From Massalongia carnosa (lineage: Eukaryota): a stretch of 64,000 nt of DNA. Numbering within the stretch: position 1 is the stretch's first letter; each line of letters begins with the position of its first letter. The notes below the pieces were generated by a model. The model ran no database searches, had not been told where the DNA came from, and saw only the letters and a program-made list of their open reading frames with translations. Made by a program: the position numbers and the translations under genes. This document shows positions 1-12,584 of this stretch, piece by piece. Where the stretch lies: assembly GCA_965645245.1 (NCBI GenBank), contig OZ287067.1, positions 682,001 through 746,000 of the forward strand. Reading direction: 5' to 3'.

Positions 1-52
1 CCTACAATTACAAAAGCTGTGGTGTACATAGAATGTGCTGACTGTGTCTCAG

Positions 53-1320
53 AATTGGTGGTGGATGAAGTTAAGGATATAAGATCACACACGGAACTCA
101 CCAAAGCAATACGAACGGTAGTGGCCTCGAAGCAGAGTGGAAGTGAAGACTTTCTCGCAGGATTAGTTGCCGAAGCTGTCTTAGCTGTGCTCCCCAAGCA
201 ACCTGCCAACTTCAACGTTGACAACATTCGCGTCGTGAAGATAATGGGCGGAAGCTTGGAGCAAAGCAAAGTAGTTAAAGGCATGGTCTTCGGCCGCGAA
301 CCCGACGGCTCCATCAAGAAGGCTAAAAAGGCAAAGGTTGGGGTTTTCTCTTGTCCTATCGACATCAGCCAAACTGAAACCAAAGGCACTGTACTCCTGC
401 ATAATGCCAAGGAAATGCTCGACTTCACCGCAGGCGAAGAATCTCAACTTGAGAATATCATCAAAGAACTGCACGATTCTGGGCTGCGCGTTCTCGTTGC
501 CGGCTCCAACGTGGGTGAACTTGCCTTGCATTACCTTAACCGCTACTCTATCCTTGTAGTTAAGGTTCTCTCCAAATTCGAGCTGCGCCGTCTCTGCCGA
601 GTCGTCGGCGCCACCCCTTTAGCCCGCCTAGGCGCGCCCATGCCTGACGAGATGGGGAAAGTTGACGTGGTTGAAACTCTCGAGATAGGAGGCGACCGTG
701 TTACGGTCTTCCGGCAGGAAAATGACGCGACCCGTACGGCTACGCTGGTGATCCGTGGCGCGACGCAGAATCATTTGGATGACATCGAACGCGCCATAGA
801 CGATGGTGTCAACGTCGTCAAGGCCATCACGAAAGATCCGAAGCTCGTTCCTGGCGCTGGTGCGACGGAGATGCAGCTGATCGCGCGCGTGTCGGCGTTT
901 GGCGAGAAGACGCCGGAATTGTCACAATACGCAATTAAGAAGTATGCCGAGGCCTTTGAGGTGATCCCACGCACGTTGGCTGAGTCGGCCGGGTTGGACG
1001 CCACGGAGGTGCTGGCGACGCTGTATGCCGCGCATCACAACGCCGCTTCCGTGGGTAGCGACGACGAGAATGACGATGATGAAGAAGACGAGGATGAGGA
1101 CGAGTGGACGCTCGGCGTCGACATTGAGAACGAAGACGGCACGGGCACGCTGGACGCCAAGGACGAAGGTATTCTTGACCTGCTGGTTAGTAAGCAGTGG
1201 GCCATTCGGCTGGCAACGGAGGCGGCACGTACGGTGCTGAGCGTAGATCAGATTATTGTGGCGAGGCAAGCTGGCGGTCCGAAACCGCCGGGGCCGAACC
1301 CGAATTGGGATGAGGACTGA
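53..1320 (+). CDS. CCT8: T-complex protein 1 subunit theta (CCT8), last exon; 5' part of the gene lies outside the window
   Basis: Chaperonin motifs (NIRVVKIMGG, ETKGTVLLHNAKEM, DDIERAIDDGVN, PGAGATEM) and a CCT8-type C-terminus (VDQIIVARQAGGPKPP...WDED). Intron acceptor GCTGAC...CAG ends at 52. Confidence 0.95.
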
Positions 1321-2285
1321 GTAGAGATGAGGGAGAGATTTGGGGGGGTTAGGGTTGATAAGATGATTGGCTTTGTGATACCAAGGTAGCATAGATTTTT
1401 TCGAGAAAAAAAACGGCCGATTTAACTTCTTCCAATTGAGATATTCATATTAGAGACATTTCTGTCTATGTTCTCTCTGTCATTCCTTCTACCGACCAAC
1501 CCCCCATCCTGGGTTCTCCCCTACCTCTCTCCATTTCTTTACTCGCCACTTATGTAGGTATAGGGGAAAGAACACATCATAAAACGAAAAATGATGTGGG
1601 GGAGGTTTTCTCGGTAAGGGTGGTAGTGAAATAGATTACAGGAACGACGCACAGCGAACAGGTGAGGGGAAGGGGGGCTAGGAGAAGGTGGGGTGAGCGG
1701 GAGGATAGGAAGCTTGGGAGGGATAGAGAACTTTACGATATGGATGTAGAATATCGTTTGGTGGGGGGGAAGGGGGTGGAACGTTAGTTAGACGGACGAG
1801 GAGATACTGAGAAATAATTGAGGAATTGGGATATCTGCAACAAACGAATGAGTAGATGAATAAGCCAGAGAATTAACGAGACCTACATTTTTCAGTACCC
1901 TAGAGTGAGGCACAAAAAGAAGGAAGGAGGTAAAAAATTCTCTCCTACAACTACCTATCTACGGGCTGAACGGGGCGAGCATTGAATATTGCTATTCAAA
2001 ACGTCTACCTGACGGACCCAAACCGACCACGGACCCAAGGCAGCCCTACTCATGCCTCCTCCCCTCCGAAAACATAAAAAAAAACGGACGAAACACGCCC
2101 CGCGCCGGCTGAAACCGGGCCACACCGAAAGACGAGAGACGAACAGACACACCGACCACCGACGACAGCAAAATGCGGCCGGAAGCCGCCCACCGACGCA
2201 AGCCTCCCGTCACTAATATGTGACTTATGCCGCCTTCCTGCTCTACAGTAAATAGGACAAGAAGGCGGCTTCTTCAGCTGGGAAT

Positions 2286-2995
2286 CTAGAAGATCCAATT
2301 TGGTGGGGGGTGAGCTAATTGATTCGTTAGCAAGAGTTATTTGAAGATTTAGTGAGTTGATAATAGTGCTCACCCCCAAGGTGATATTTTTCTTGCATTA
2401 CCAGAATGGTGGAGCACGCGCAGAGTAAACTAAAAAGTCTTGTGAGTGTCTGGTTCAAGTGAAATTGAGGTTAAGGTGATCGTACGCTTGGACTCCCGCG
2501 AGGACGATGGCCCCAGTCCACGCGCCGTATGGGGGGGGGTCGAAGGCATGGCGGAAATCTTTTCCTTTCGGGAGAACCATGCAAACGAACGCGGAAGACC
2601 ATAGACCAACTAAAACAAGCTCAAGAATGGTTCGTGCAGATGCGAACACCACCGCGTAGATGGGGTTCAGGATGGCTATACGAAGGTCAAAGAGATTAGG
2701 AATGGCGATCACGATTGTGAGCACCGCCGCAGAAACTGATGAGAGGGCTAGGTTAGTCTAAAGTCAAGGGACAGGACTAGGACGGAACACTTGCTTCCCA
2801 AACCTGGACGGCATTGTCAGTATGACGATCATTTATTGGTGATTTAGGGACGAACATACCAAGTGGGGTGGATAGATGAAGCCACCAGCCCCGGTGCAGC
2901 GAAGAATAGGCAGTTAATACAATATAGCCAAATGCCACAGCAATCTGAAGCACACGAAGCCAAAAGAGTCGAAGGAATGCTAATCGAGAGTCCAT
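2286..2995 (-). CDS. Small multi-exon protein with about 4 transmembrane segments, MARVEL-like
   Basis: Exons 2995-2860, 2803-2795 (9 nt), 2747-~2486 and two short 3' exons join in frame (LRVLQIAVAFGYIVL...GLGTLSSVSAAVLTIV...WTGAIVLAGVQA...). Hydrophobic segments follow an RxLQ start. Confidence 0.6.
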
Positions 2996-4571
2996 CTGAA
3001 CTGGTAGCTAGGAGGATATAAACTAGGATAGCGTTGGCTAAGGAGGGATACTATGTTGATGCTCGGGAGCAAAGGGGTTTTAGAGCTGTACTGCGAATAG
3101 CTGGTTGAAGGCTGGACAAGAGATAGAATGGATAGCTGAATGGTTGAGATGCCTGTGATAGGTACGAATGGATTCAAGTCTGAATATGGATGTGGATTTG
3201 AAGATTGGACGAAAAGAAAGAGTGCAACAAGACGAGGTTGATCTTATGTGCGGGGTAAAAAGGGGAGATCGCGAAATAGGTCCGTTAGGGCAACAGGCAC
3301 GATTGTGTGGATTGTCGCGAAAAAAAGGAAAAGCGGCACTTAACAGGTCCTAATCAGTAAGGGAATGGAAGAACAGACCCTCCGAGGCACCACACTACGG
3401 TCCATAGCCCTATATTTGCTCGTCTCGTTTTCCATATCTGAGTGACAACCAAACACCAGATCAAAGCAGTCGCGGAGCCATCTAGCACGCAGAAAGGGGC
3501 TGAATCTGAAAGGCGGAACTTCAAGAATGAGATTGGATTGAAAAGAGAAAATCTTCTGGACTAGATAGAAGAGACTGGAGCAAATGTTCTACATCCCAGT
3601 CCGCCATCATACATTGGAGAAGTTAAGAAAAGTGCTACTTCATCTCCTATCGGTCTTAATGGAATTAACGGTCAAGCAGGAGAAAAGAAAAGAAGCGACA
3701 TTTTTGCTAACTGGTCTCAAAGAATGTCTGGTACCTGTTCACTTCTAGAACGACATGGTCATGAGATGTAGCGGGAAAAAGTCGAGAGGCTTCGGGAAAG
3801 CCCAAACTCCTGCGATATAGGTGCCACCTGAGGCATGGGGTAGGAGAAGTCGAAGTCATTTAATCAAATGAAAGACGCTGAAAGTCCAGACTCCAGTTAT
3901 TAGTCATACGTTGTTATTCATCAATCGAGCTACCAGTTCACCACGGCGTTAACAGATTTCAGGGGCTTGAGACAATGAAGGACGTTGAAGAAGAGAGCGA
4001 GTCAGCCTGAGGACTGGTTGGTGTCGCTTGTTGCCGGGGGTGCCACAACCGCCCGCGGACTGTCATTCAAGCCCGGTTGGGTTGGTGCCATTACCCGCGA
4101 CGTGAAGAAGCATAGTGAGTAAGCGTCAGCTGAATCCGCTAAAAAAATATGATTGCTCCTGCTCTCGCTCCTTAGGTTCTCTTTGATCCTATATGAAGCT
4201 CGTTACCATAGGCATTGGCGTGGTTGATCTAGGCCTTGATGATTGAGGTTTGTGCCCCACCGGTTTGACGTTCTGCGCAATTACAGCTTCAGGGCTAGGT
4301 GGCGTGTGCCAGATAATCGTAATCGAGCGAACAGCAGTAGTATAAAGAAATCGGGGGAGTTGAAAATCTGGGGTTCACACTGGGGGAAAAACCCTTTTCT
4401 AAGACATTACACTATCTGTGTCACAAGATCCCATAACCTCCTCCGCGCCTATATTACCACTACTACCACTAGGATCCCTTCGCCATCTATTCTTCCTGTT
4501 ACGAGCTTAAAACAACTTGTCAACTCATTTCTTCTTTCGTGGACTCACAGGCACACTTCCTTGGATGGGCG

Positions 4572-6758
4572 ATGGAGCATCTACATAGCGGAACACACCT
4601 GCCTTCTGCCTCGTTTGATATGGACAATGAAGCAAGCATCCTTGCAAAACCTCCACCAGTACCTGTTGCAGTAGGCCATCGAACTTCACGACGTAAAGAC
4701 TCGATGCAACACGCCCACCCAAGACCGCCTCTGACACCGAACACCACTTTACCCTCCTCAATGCCACAGTCTATCTCGAATCCTCTTCTTCCGTCTGCGC
4801 CCGCCTCCCCACCAACACCGGCGCCTAGCCCCACACCGCATCAGCGGGCGCCGACTTGGCGAAGCCCTACCGATGATATTGAAGATCCCATATCAAGAGA
4901 TGCGCGATTGTTATTCAGCCGGCTGAGCATTGCAGCGAAAGAAATCTGGTTGGCATCAATTGTGGACGCATGCGATAATCACCTATTAAACTTTCTACAT
5001 CATCTAGTCAGCCCAAGGCTGAAGAAAGATCCCTTTCGGACATTACCAAATGAATTATGCTTTAGGGTATGTTATGAAACAACCGATGCGAGTTCAATAG
5101 GCGCGGCTAATCTTACACCGTTCAGATCCTAGAGTTCGTCGACGACCCAAAAACCTTTGTTCGAGCATCACAAGTGTCGAGAAGGTGGAGAGAGATTGTA
5201 AGTGACGATCAGGCTTGGAAGACGCTGTGTGAAAAACATGCATACCGGCGAATGTCCAGTGATTCGGTCACCTTAAACATGAACAACACAACAGGACCAG
5301 TTAGCCAGATACTTTACGCCCAGCATCCACGCTCTATCTCTCCAACCCGAGCTGTTGAAAGTATGAGCGCAATAGCCGAGAATGCAGAGAGTATGCCGGA
5401 TGTGTCGACGGCAATCCAAACTACAAGCCCATCTCGAAGGCATAAGAGACTAAGGCCAAAATCAACGCATAGGTTACACTTCAAGTATAGGTACCTTGTA
5501 GAGTCGGCGTGGAGGAAAGGTGGTCATATGACAGCAAAGCATATCGCTCCTGATCAAGGCGTAGTCACAAGCCTGCATTTGACCAAGAAATATGTTATCG
5601 TTGCTTTGGACAATGCTAAGATCCATGTGTTCAATACTAAGGGAGATCATCAACGAACTTTACAGGGTCATGTAATGGGTGTATGGGCAATGGTGCCTTG
5701 GGATGATATTCTCGTCAGCGGTGGTTGTGATCGGGATGTCCGGGTATGGAACATGTCTACTGGGTAAGCAACGTGGAAGCACCGGAAGTTCCCACACTGA
5801 CAAAAGCAAAACAGTTTGAGCGTACACACGTTACGAGGTCATACATCTACCGTCCGCTGCCTCAAAATGTCCAATGTCAACACCGCCATCTCTGGTTCCC
5901 GAGACACCACGCTTCGGGTCTGGGACTTGCCCTCAGGAACCTGCACTAACGTGCTGATGGGACACCAAGCCAGCGTGCGCTGTTTAGAGATCCATGGCGA
6001 CCTCGTCGTATCCGGAAGTTACGACACCACCGCCAAGATCTGGAGTATCTCGAGTGGGCAATGCCTGCGCACCCTACAAGGACATTTCAGCCAGATCTAC
6101 GCAATCGCATTTGATGGGGAGAGGATTGCAACAGGAAGCCTTGATACTAGCGTCAGGATATGGAATCCACATGACGGGTATGAAACTCTGTGTTTCCTCA
6201 ATTTCCCCACCTCTCGGCTCTACAGCTAACCCTCCCATCAGAACATGTCAAGCCATACTCCAGGGCCATACTTCGCTTGTCGGGCAGCTTCAAATGCGCT
6301 CCTCCACCCTAGTAACTGGCGGCTCCGATGGCTCCGTACGCGTCTGGTCTCTTGCTTCGTACACGCCCATTCATCGACTCGCCGCGCATGACAACAGTGT
6401 AACGTCACTACAATTCGACGACTCGCGTATCGTTAGCGGTGGCAGCGACGGCCGGGTTAAGATCTGGGACTTGGATTCCGGCGCCCTGATCCGCGAGCTG
6501 AGCCAGCCGGCTGAGGCCGTTTGGAGGGTTGCCTTTGAACGGGAGCGATGCGTCGTAATGGCTAGCCGGGGCGGGCGAACCGTCATGGAGGTGTGGGACT
6601 TCACCCCGCCTGGGGACGGGGACGGGGACGGGGACGAGGACGGGGACACGGGGGCTGGGGTGGAGGTGGAGATGACGGATCCGACTAGCGAGGAAGAAGG
6701 CGAGATGAAGGGGTCAGGAGGGATTTACGAAAATCGATGTGATGAGGTGATGGGTTGA
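4572..6758 (+). CDS. F-box/WD40-repeat protein (Cdc4/Fbw7/SEL-10-like SCF substrate adaptor), 4 exons
   Basis: F-box (DPFRTLPNELCFR|ILEFVDDP...VSRRWREIV) followed by multiple WD40 repeats (GHVMGVW, GHTSTVRC, GHQASVRC, GHFSQIY, GHTSLV). Introns at 5067-5125, 5764-5813 and ~6177-6241. Start codon uncertain (4572 or 4620). Confidence 0.9.
6612..6647 (+). repeat. (GGGGAC)n hexamer repeat encoding a Gly-Asp run in the F-box protein tail
   Basis: GGGGAC x4, GAGGAC, GGGGAC read directly. Confidence 0.85.
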
Positions 6759-7082
6759 GTTTTTGGAGTTGGATCAATTTGATTGGTTGATGGAAATCAA
6801 AGCTCTGAATAGCGGTTAATCGCCAGAGGCCGGGGCTTATGCCGCCATTTATATACGGGCTAAAGAGAGGAGAAAAGGACACGGAACAGGGGTTACGAAC
6901 AATTATGATCTCGGCGCGCGGGTTGGGGAAGCGGTCGGCGGTTTCGAGGGTTTGTCTCGTTTTTCCAACTTTTCCGCCCCTCAAAAGGGAAGGCCGTCAC
7001 GGGGGCCTTGTCATCATTCCTGCATCCTCCATTTGGAGGAAATCCTAAATATACTAACATCATGTCTTTGATGGATGGACCT

Positions 7083-7093
7083 TAGGGCTCCGA
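7083..7093 (+). repeat. Left terminal inverted repeat of the hAT element
   Basis: TAGGGCTCCGA, the reverse complement of 9484-9494. Confidence 0.95.
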
Positions 7094-7310
7094 TTTGAAA
7101 AGAACACTGAAAGTTTGCCTAACCCGATCGGGCGAAACTTTCACTGTCATCTTCATGAGTGAAACTTTCATGGATTATTTACAGGGGGGGAGGGTGTGGG
7201 TAGGGAGGTGCGGAAAGGGGGAAAAGCGGGGAAAAGTCAGCAAATAGTAAACTTAAAAAGTACGTAATTTTGCCGGTCATCGTCATACAATTAATTGTAT
7301 GTATTTCTAC

Positions 7311-9310
7311 TTATTCAACCCATGATCTCGCTGAATCACCTCCTATTTCTTGACTGGCCGGACGTTTCGATGACGTCAAGGACTCCTGAATGACAATTTC
7401 ATCCTGCAGCAATCTGTCTTCCATTTCACATAGATCGCTTTCGTCAATGTCGATGCCAGCAAATTGTAACTTCTTTTTGATATCCCCAGGTCGGTTGAGG
7501 GTACGCTCATTCATGTAGATAAACATGAGTTTATCTACGCTTATCGAGCTCATGGAATTGCGCGTTTTATTCATGATCAGATTCATGACCGACCAGCTTC
7601 TTTCGGCCAATACCGAATTACCAGGAAGTTTCATCACCTTTCTGGCTAAGCTGCTAAGGGTTGATGCAAAATTTCTGCTGAATGTCCAAAACAGCTCCGG
7701 ATCCATTTGATACGTCCAGCATTCGGAGCTTGTATGAAAGCCATCTTCTTGATCGCGAAATGCGAGCCATTGCTTCATGGCAGTAGCTGCCTCTGCACTA
7801 ATCAGATGCTGATTGAAAAATCTATGCATTAGCGGAGCAAATGTCGGCTCCGTAGATACGCCAATCACCTTTATAGCATGATTCTGAGGAAGCAAAAGAG
7901 CTGCTACCACATGAAGCTCAGTAATCTGACTGAGATATCTGTCTTCCCAAATCACCTGAGCAATGTGATTCAAATCCGTCTCGTCGTCTTCATTGGCAGC
8001 CATTGAATATAGATGAGATCGAATCTTATTCCAGGTGTTGGCTATGGTATAAAGTTTATGCTCTTCGGCCTCGGACATGTATTGAAACTGATGTATGGGA
8101 TCCATCACTTTCTTGACAATGGTCAGCTTTTTCCAAAAAGAAAAGTCATTGACGAAGCTTCTCAAAGAATTCTTTCTTCCCTGATCAATGCCGGGATTCT
8201 TTTGTTGAAAATAATCCAATAAGGCCTGCTGATTCCTGAGGACTGAGTTTAATAAGCCTATCGTCGTTCCCCATCTGGTAAGAACGTTAAGAATCAATGA
8301 ACGACGTTGTTGATAGGCCTAGAAGTTTGATCATCAGAAAGGTTGGTCATCAGAAAGTTTAATAATTCAAGAATTTGGCATACCTTCATTTGATAACCCC
8401 TTAAAATGGACATTTCCTTATTCGACCCCCGAAAGCTGGTTACTATCAATTGTGCCTTTTCTATAACCTCCGAAAAGAATGGAAATTTCAGTATGTCTCC
8501 CATCAGCAATTGCAGACCATGACTGTCGCAGGGAACGAAAAACACGTGTTTCATCTCTGGAAATTTTGCTATCTCCGTCCACATAGCCTTCATGGTTGCA
8601 CACGTATCAGTGGCAATGCAATTGATTCTCCAAAGCTGATCGTTGGTTGCTTCCCTACAACCTTTTATCACCCATTGAGCTTGAACGACAGCACTCATCT
8701 TCTCGGCAACACCAGCATCAGCTTTCAATTGAAATCCTCCTCCATTGGAGGTGGCGGACGGGGGAACATGACAACAGAGATTTATAACACGTTCTTTTCG
8801 AATGTTAGCTGTCTCGTCAGTGAAGAAGTTCAGGTACTTAGAAGCATTCAATTCCTTGATAACTTTCGATTTAACGATGCCATAGATTTCGTCCAACAGC
8901 TTGCCAGCAACAAGGCCAGAATGAGGACGTTTATAGCCCGGATTAAGTGCCTGATGATGAGCAATAACGTACGGATTTTCGAAGTGGTTAAATGGCAGAT
9001 TTGTCATATAGACAGACATCGCAGCTGCTCGATGTGCTGATGCAATTTGGGCTTGATTAAGGGGACGAATCAACGTAGTGATGGGCAGTTGAATAGAGGC
9101 ATTACTGAGAATACCCTTCTGTTTTCTAGCTTTCTCTTTTTGATAGGCATCACATTGATTTAGATGCTGTTGTCCCCTAGCAGCATTTCTGGTTGATTGA
9201 TGACCGCAATGAATGCATTGATGTTGAGGATTTTTTAAGCCCTCAGTAATGATATCCTTGAAATTCTCATCTACCAGGTGATTTTTCTGACGTCCACCTC
9301 GTTGAGACAT
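7311..9310 (-). CDS. hAT transposase, 644 aa after splicing (exons 9310-8384 and 8318-7311)
   Basis: BED-type zinc finger (CIHC...HLNQC), catalytic D (FFTDET) and D (IATDT), CxxH (CDSH), TRW, catalytic E in LAERSWS, and C-terminal dimerisation region. The 65-nt intron GTATGC...CTGAT...TAG (8383-8319) joins the two ORFs in phase 0. Confidence 0.93.
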
Positions 9311-9483
9311 AATAGATGATAATAGAAAGATTCCTGATTATAAGTGCAATTACCTAGTAAATCGAGGTACTCCGATATTCTACTAATTGTTATGTGTGCT
9401 TAGGTAATTAATTTCCAAAAATTCAGGGTCCATGTCAGCACGTGATGAATTTTTCGTGTCATCTTGTCAAAAGAGCGAAATTT

Positions 9484-9494
9484 TCGGAGCCCTA
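9484..9494 (-). repeat. Right terminal inverted repeat of the hAT element
   Basis: TCGGAGCCCTA immediately followed by the TSD ATGGACCT. Confidence 0.95.
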
Positions 9495-10445
9495 ATGGAC
9501 CTGAGTAGATCTATACACTTGATTGGCCGGTTGGAACGATGGGGTTACGTATGTGGAAGCGGAAGTATAGAGTACATGCTCATCTCTCGTTTTCCAACTT
9601 CCTCTTTAAATGCTTTAGACATTTCTATGCATATTTCGTTCCGATTATCATCGTTGATCCCAAGGTCTCATCGCTATTAGTGTACGTGTTCCTTTGGACT
9701 TAGAAAATTCTGTTATAGAACATGTTCAAGTCCTTGAACCATCACGGTTAAAGAGGCCACCTTCTAGTTCTGGTCCGTCCACCCGTATTTTTGACGAACA
9801 TTTCCTCTATTCCATTCGACCCTACGGAGTAAAATGAGCCTGAAACATTGTTCGAGGTGGCTAATTTCTTAGCGATAGGCACGGCCTACTCGCCTCATGT
9901 TCTAGATGTCTTCTTACTCAAGGCCTCCCGCTGCAGTGGCATGCTCATCAACCCATAACAGCCGTTGTTTGTCGTTTTTCGTTCATTCCTTACGGAGGGT
10001 GTTTCGTGATGAGATGAGGATTCTGTTATAAACTTGTATCCGTGGCGAAGATTTGATGAGAATCCATTATGGCTAAATTTCAGTTTGAAAAATGAAAAAC
10101 CAAAAGGAGCCGTCATTGTGGCTTTTCTATCTCGGGTTGGAGCGCGGATGGCAGAAGCATGATTACCGTTTCGCAACACGGCTTTCCGTAAGTCTCTCTA
10201 AGCTATTCCAAGTATTCCAAGTAGCTCTGGCCCACTCCGCATATATCACATGCAGCGATAACGCACGGTTTTGTTCATCTATGTGTGTATCTTGGGGCTT
10301 CCAGACGATGACGATACTATGTACTAAACCTTCATAAAGATTAATGATGCTATGAAATTTTAAGACCCCATAAAGTGTCCTTTCGGTTGCTTCGTCCTCC
10401 AAGGGGTCGAAATTGAAAAAATTTCTCGTCTTCTTAATATCTGTC

Positions 10446-12075
10446 ATGACCTTTTCTTCCGTTTGTCTACTTATGACAACATTTGCCAACCTGTTTCCGC
10501 AGTTGATCGATGCATCCAAGGACGGAAACTTTGGTGTATCTAGAATATCATTTGCATTGAACCCCGACCAGCAAAATGATCCAACCCAGCTATCCGATGA
10601 TTTGAAGAGGTTGAGCAATTCGCTCCAGTCAAGTGACAGCTTGCCCATTCTAGCTACTGTTGCTGGGACGGGGATTATTTCCTCCAATACCGTGGACAAA
10701 CCAGACCCCTTACCCCTACTCATCTCACCGAACCCGGATGGGTTATCTGATTCACTCTTTGCATCAAATTCTCAGGACTTCTCAACCTCCGTGGACGCAT
10801 TTTCTGCATTACTTGACACGAAAGTTTCACCTACTCCCTCCGGGCGGGATGAGTCGACGAAACTAGCTCTAGTACCTGTTTCAAAGATGGAGGAGGGATT
10901 AGGCGGAGGTGCCAGTAGCGGAGGGGCGAGTATTCAGACAGCCCCGGAAGGAGCGTCCTCTGGAACAGACGGTGTTCCCAGCGGTGACAGTGGTCTAGGG
11001 ACCGATTCTAATGGGGAAGTCAATCCTGGCGGTTTTAATCCTAGCGCGGTTGCACCTGGAACAGGAAATACTCCTGACACTAGACCTCAGGGGAGTCCTC
11101 GAACACGGAAAAAAAAGAAAGAAGAGGAAGACCCTGACCCGGGCTTCGATTGCTCTAAGATGGAAATGCCGGGCCAGTATGTACGTGGCGACGCAAGAAG
11201 TCTCATGGGACGCAACCCGAAAGGCCGATACTGCTGTACACAAGGACCTCCCACCAGAGGAACTAATCCCCCCAAAGGTGGTACAAGGCAGCCCCCACGG
11301 ATGCGAACCAAAACTACGAGCCGATGTTGCATTGACTGTACGTTTCCTCATAATTATCTGCTAGCCTTTCATCGCCGAGGACGAGTTCTATGCTATAAAT
11401 CCACTGATCTCGTTCGACTTGCATAGATGATCCTGAAGACCCGAGGTGTTTTAGCCCCAGAAACCGGTGGTGTGGTTTTTGTAGGGTTGCTGGGGTAAGT
11501 GAAGCTTTGTCTTGAGACCAGAACACATCCAAAAAACCCCCATTGTTGATTCTGCCAAGATATACTAATGGGAGCCAAACATGTAGAGAGCAATTCTATT
11601 GGACGCCTATAACCCTTACTTTAAAACCGTAACCCCTATTACCAAGTACCCCGAGGCTTACCTTTTCGGTCCCGACGCTCGCAAGATTTTCGACTCGGAA
11701 CGTCAGCAGGAAGGACGAGAGTTCTGGGATGGGCCACAAGGGCCGATAAAAACTGGATACCGACATACCAAGGCGACAACCTGTACCCCCACCTACATGG
11801 CGTCCCAGGGCATCGTGCCCAAGCCCGCGCAGCGCAATAGGGACCCTGATTGGGATTCCTGCGCTGCTGACCTCGCCGGAGGACTCGGCGGGGATTCGGA
11901 AGCCATCCTGGATGGCGAAGTCGACCTGCAAGCAGAAGCTAACCCTACAGACCCAAATGATCAGCAGGCCGAATCCATGGACGATGCTAATCAACTCACT
12001 CAAAATACTCCAGGAGATGAATATGGAACGCTAAACTCTCGCGCCAAGGGAGGCAAACGAAGTGTCTGGGTTTAA
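10446..12075 (+). CDS. Hypothetical, probably secreted protein with a low-complexity N-half and a Cys-rich module (~482 aa, 3 exons)
   Basis: Exons 10446-11337, 11427-11494 and 11587-12075 join in frame through canonical introns (GTACGT...CTGAT...TAG; GTAAGT...CTAAT...TAG). Hydrophobic N-terminus; 10 Cys in the C-terminal half. Confidence 0.7.
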
Positions 12076-12557
12076 GGGAATTCGGCTTTTCAATCTTCTT
12101 TTCGCCATCGTGTAACACGCGCCGCCGTCTTATAAAACGAAGTGAGAAGCTTAGTTTTATCCATGTGGGAGCTCAGGGCCTCACGAAATGACCTGAATGT
12201 GTTGATTCCGACCTATTTTTTTTTTTTATATGAGGGATCTTGCATTACTTACAGGCATCAAGAGACGGGATGCGATAGCCACATGATAGGTAAAAAATCT
12301 CCTCGTCCTTTGTTCCCTCATTCACGTACTATTCATTCCTCTCACGAGTTTTCCAAGCACAAAGTCCTAAATAGCCACCTTTAGCAAAAACGAATTGCAT
12401 AAAACAAAACCACCCGTGATAATGTCTAGAAAATAGGTGCAACATTTTCTCATGTATGTGTGTGTATGTGGATGGAGGAATGTTTTATATGTAGTGGGGT
12501 CTTTTATCTTCTTCTCCTGGGTCTCGTGTTGATAAGAGTGTTCGATTTGGGGGGTTT

Positions 12558-12584
12558 ATTATTATTATTATTATTATTATTATT
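12558..12584. repeat. (ATT)9 microsatellite
   Basis: Read directly. Confidence 0.9.

Larger units (their letters stand above)
7083..9494 (-). mobile_element. Complete hAT-superfamily DNA transposon, 2412 bp
   Basis: Perfect 11-bp TIRs TAGGGCTCCGA (7083-7093 and 9484-9494), perfect 8-bp TSD ATGGACCT (7075-7082 and 9495-9502), and an internal transposase gene. Confidence 0.96.

Noticed and set aside
1341..1356. Telomere-like GGGTTAGGGTT (similar at ~14631 and ~36592)
   Set aside because: Fewer than two full repeats; not an interstitial telomere array or a supportable telomerase RNA template.
8294..8297. Overlap of the two transposase ORFs, suggesting a frameshift or pseudogene
   Set aside because: Fully explained by the canonical intron 8383-8319.
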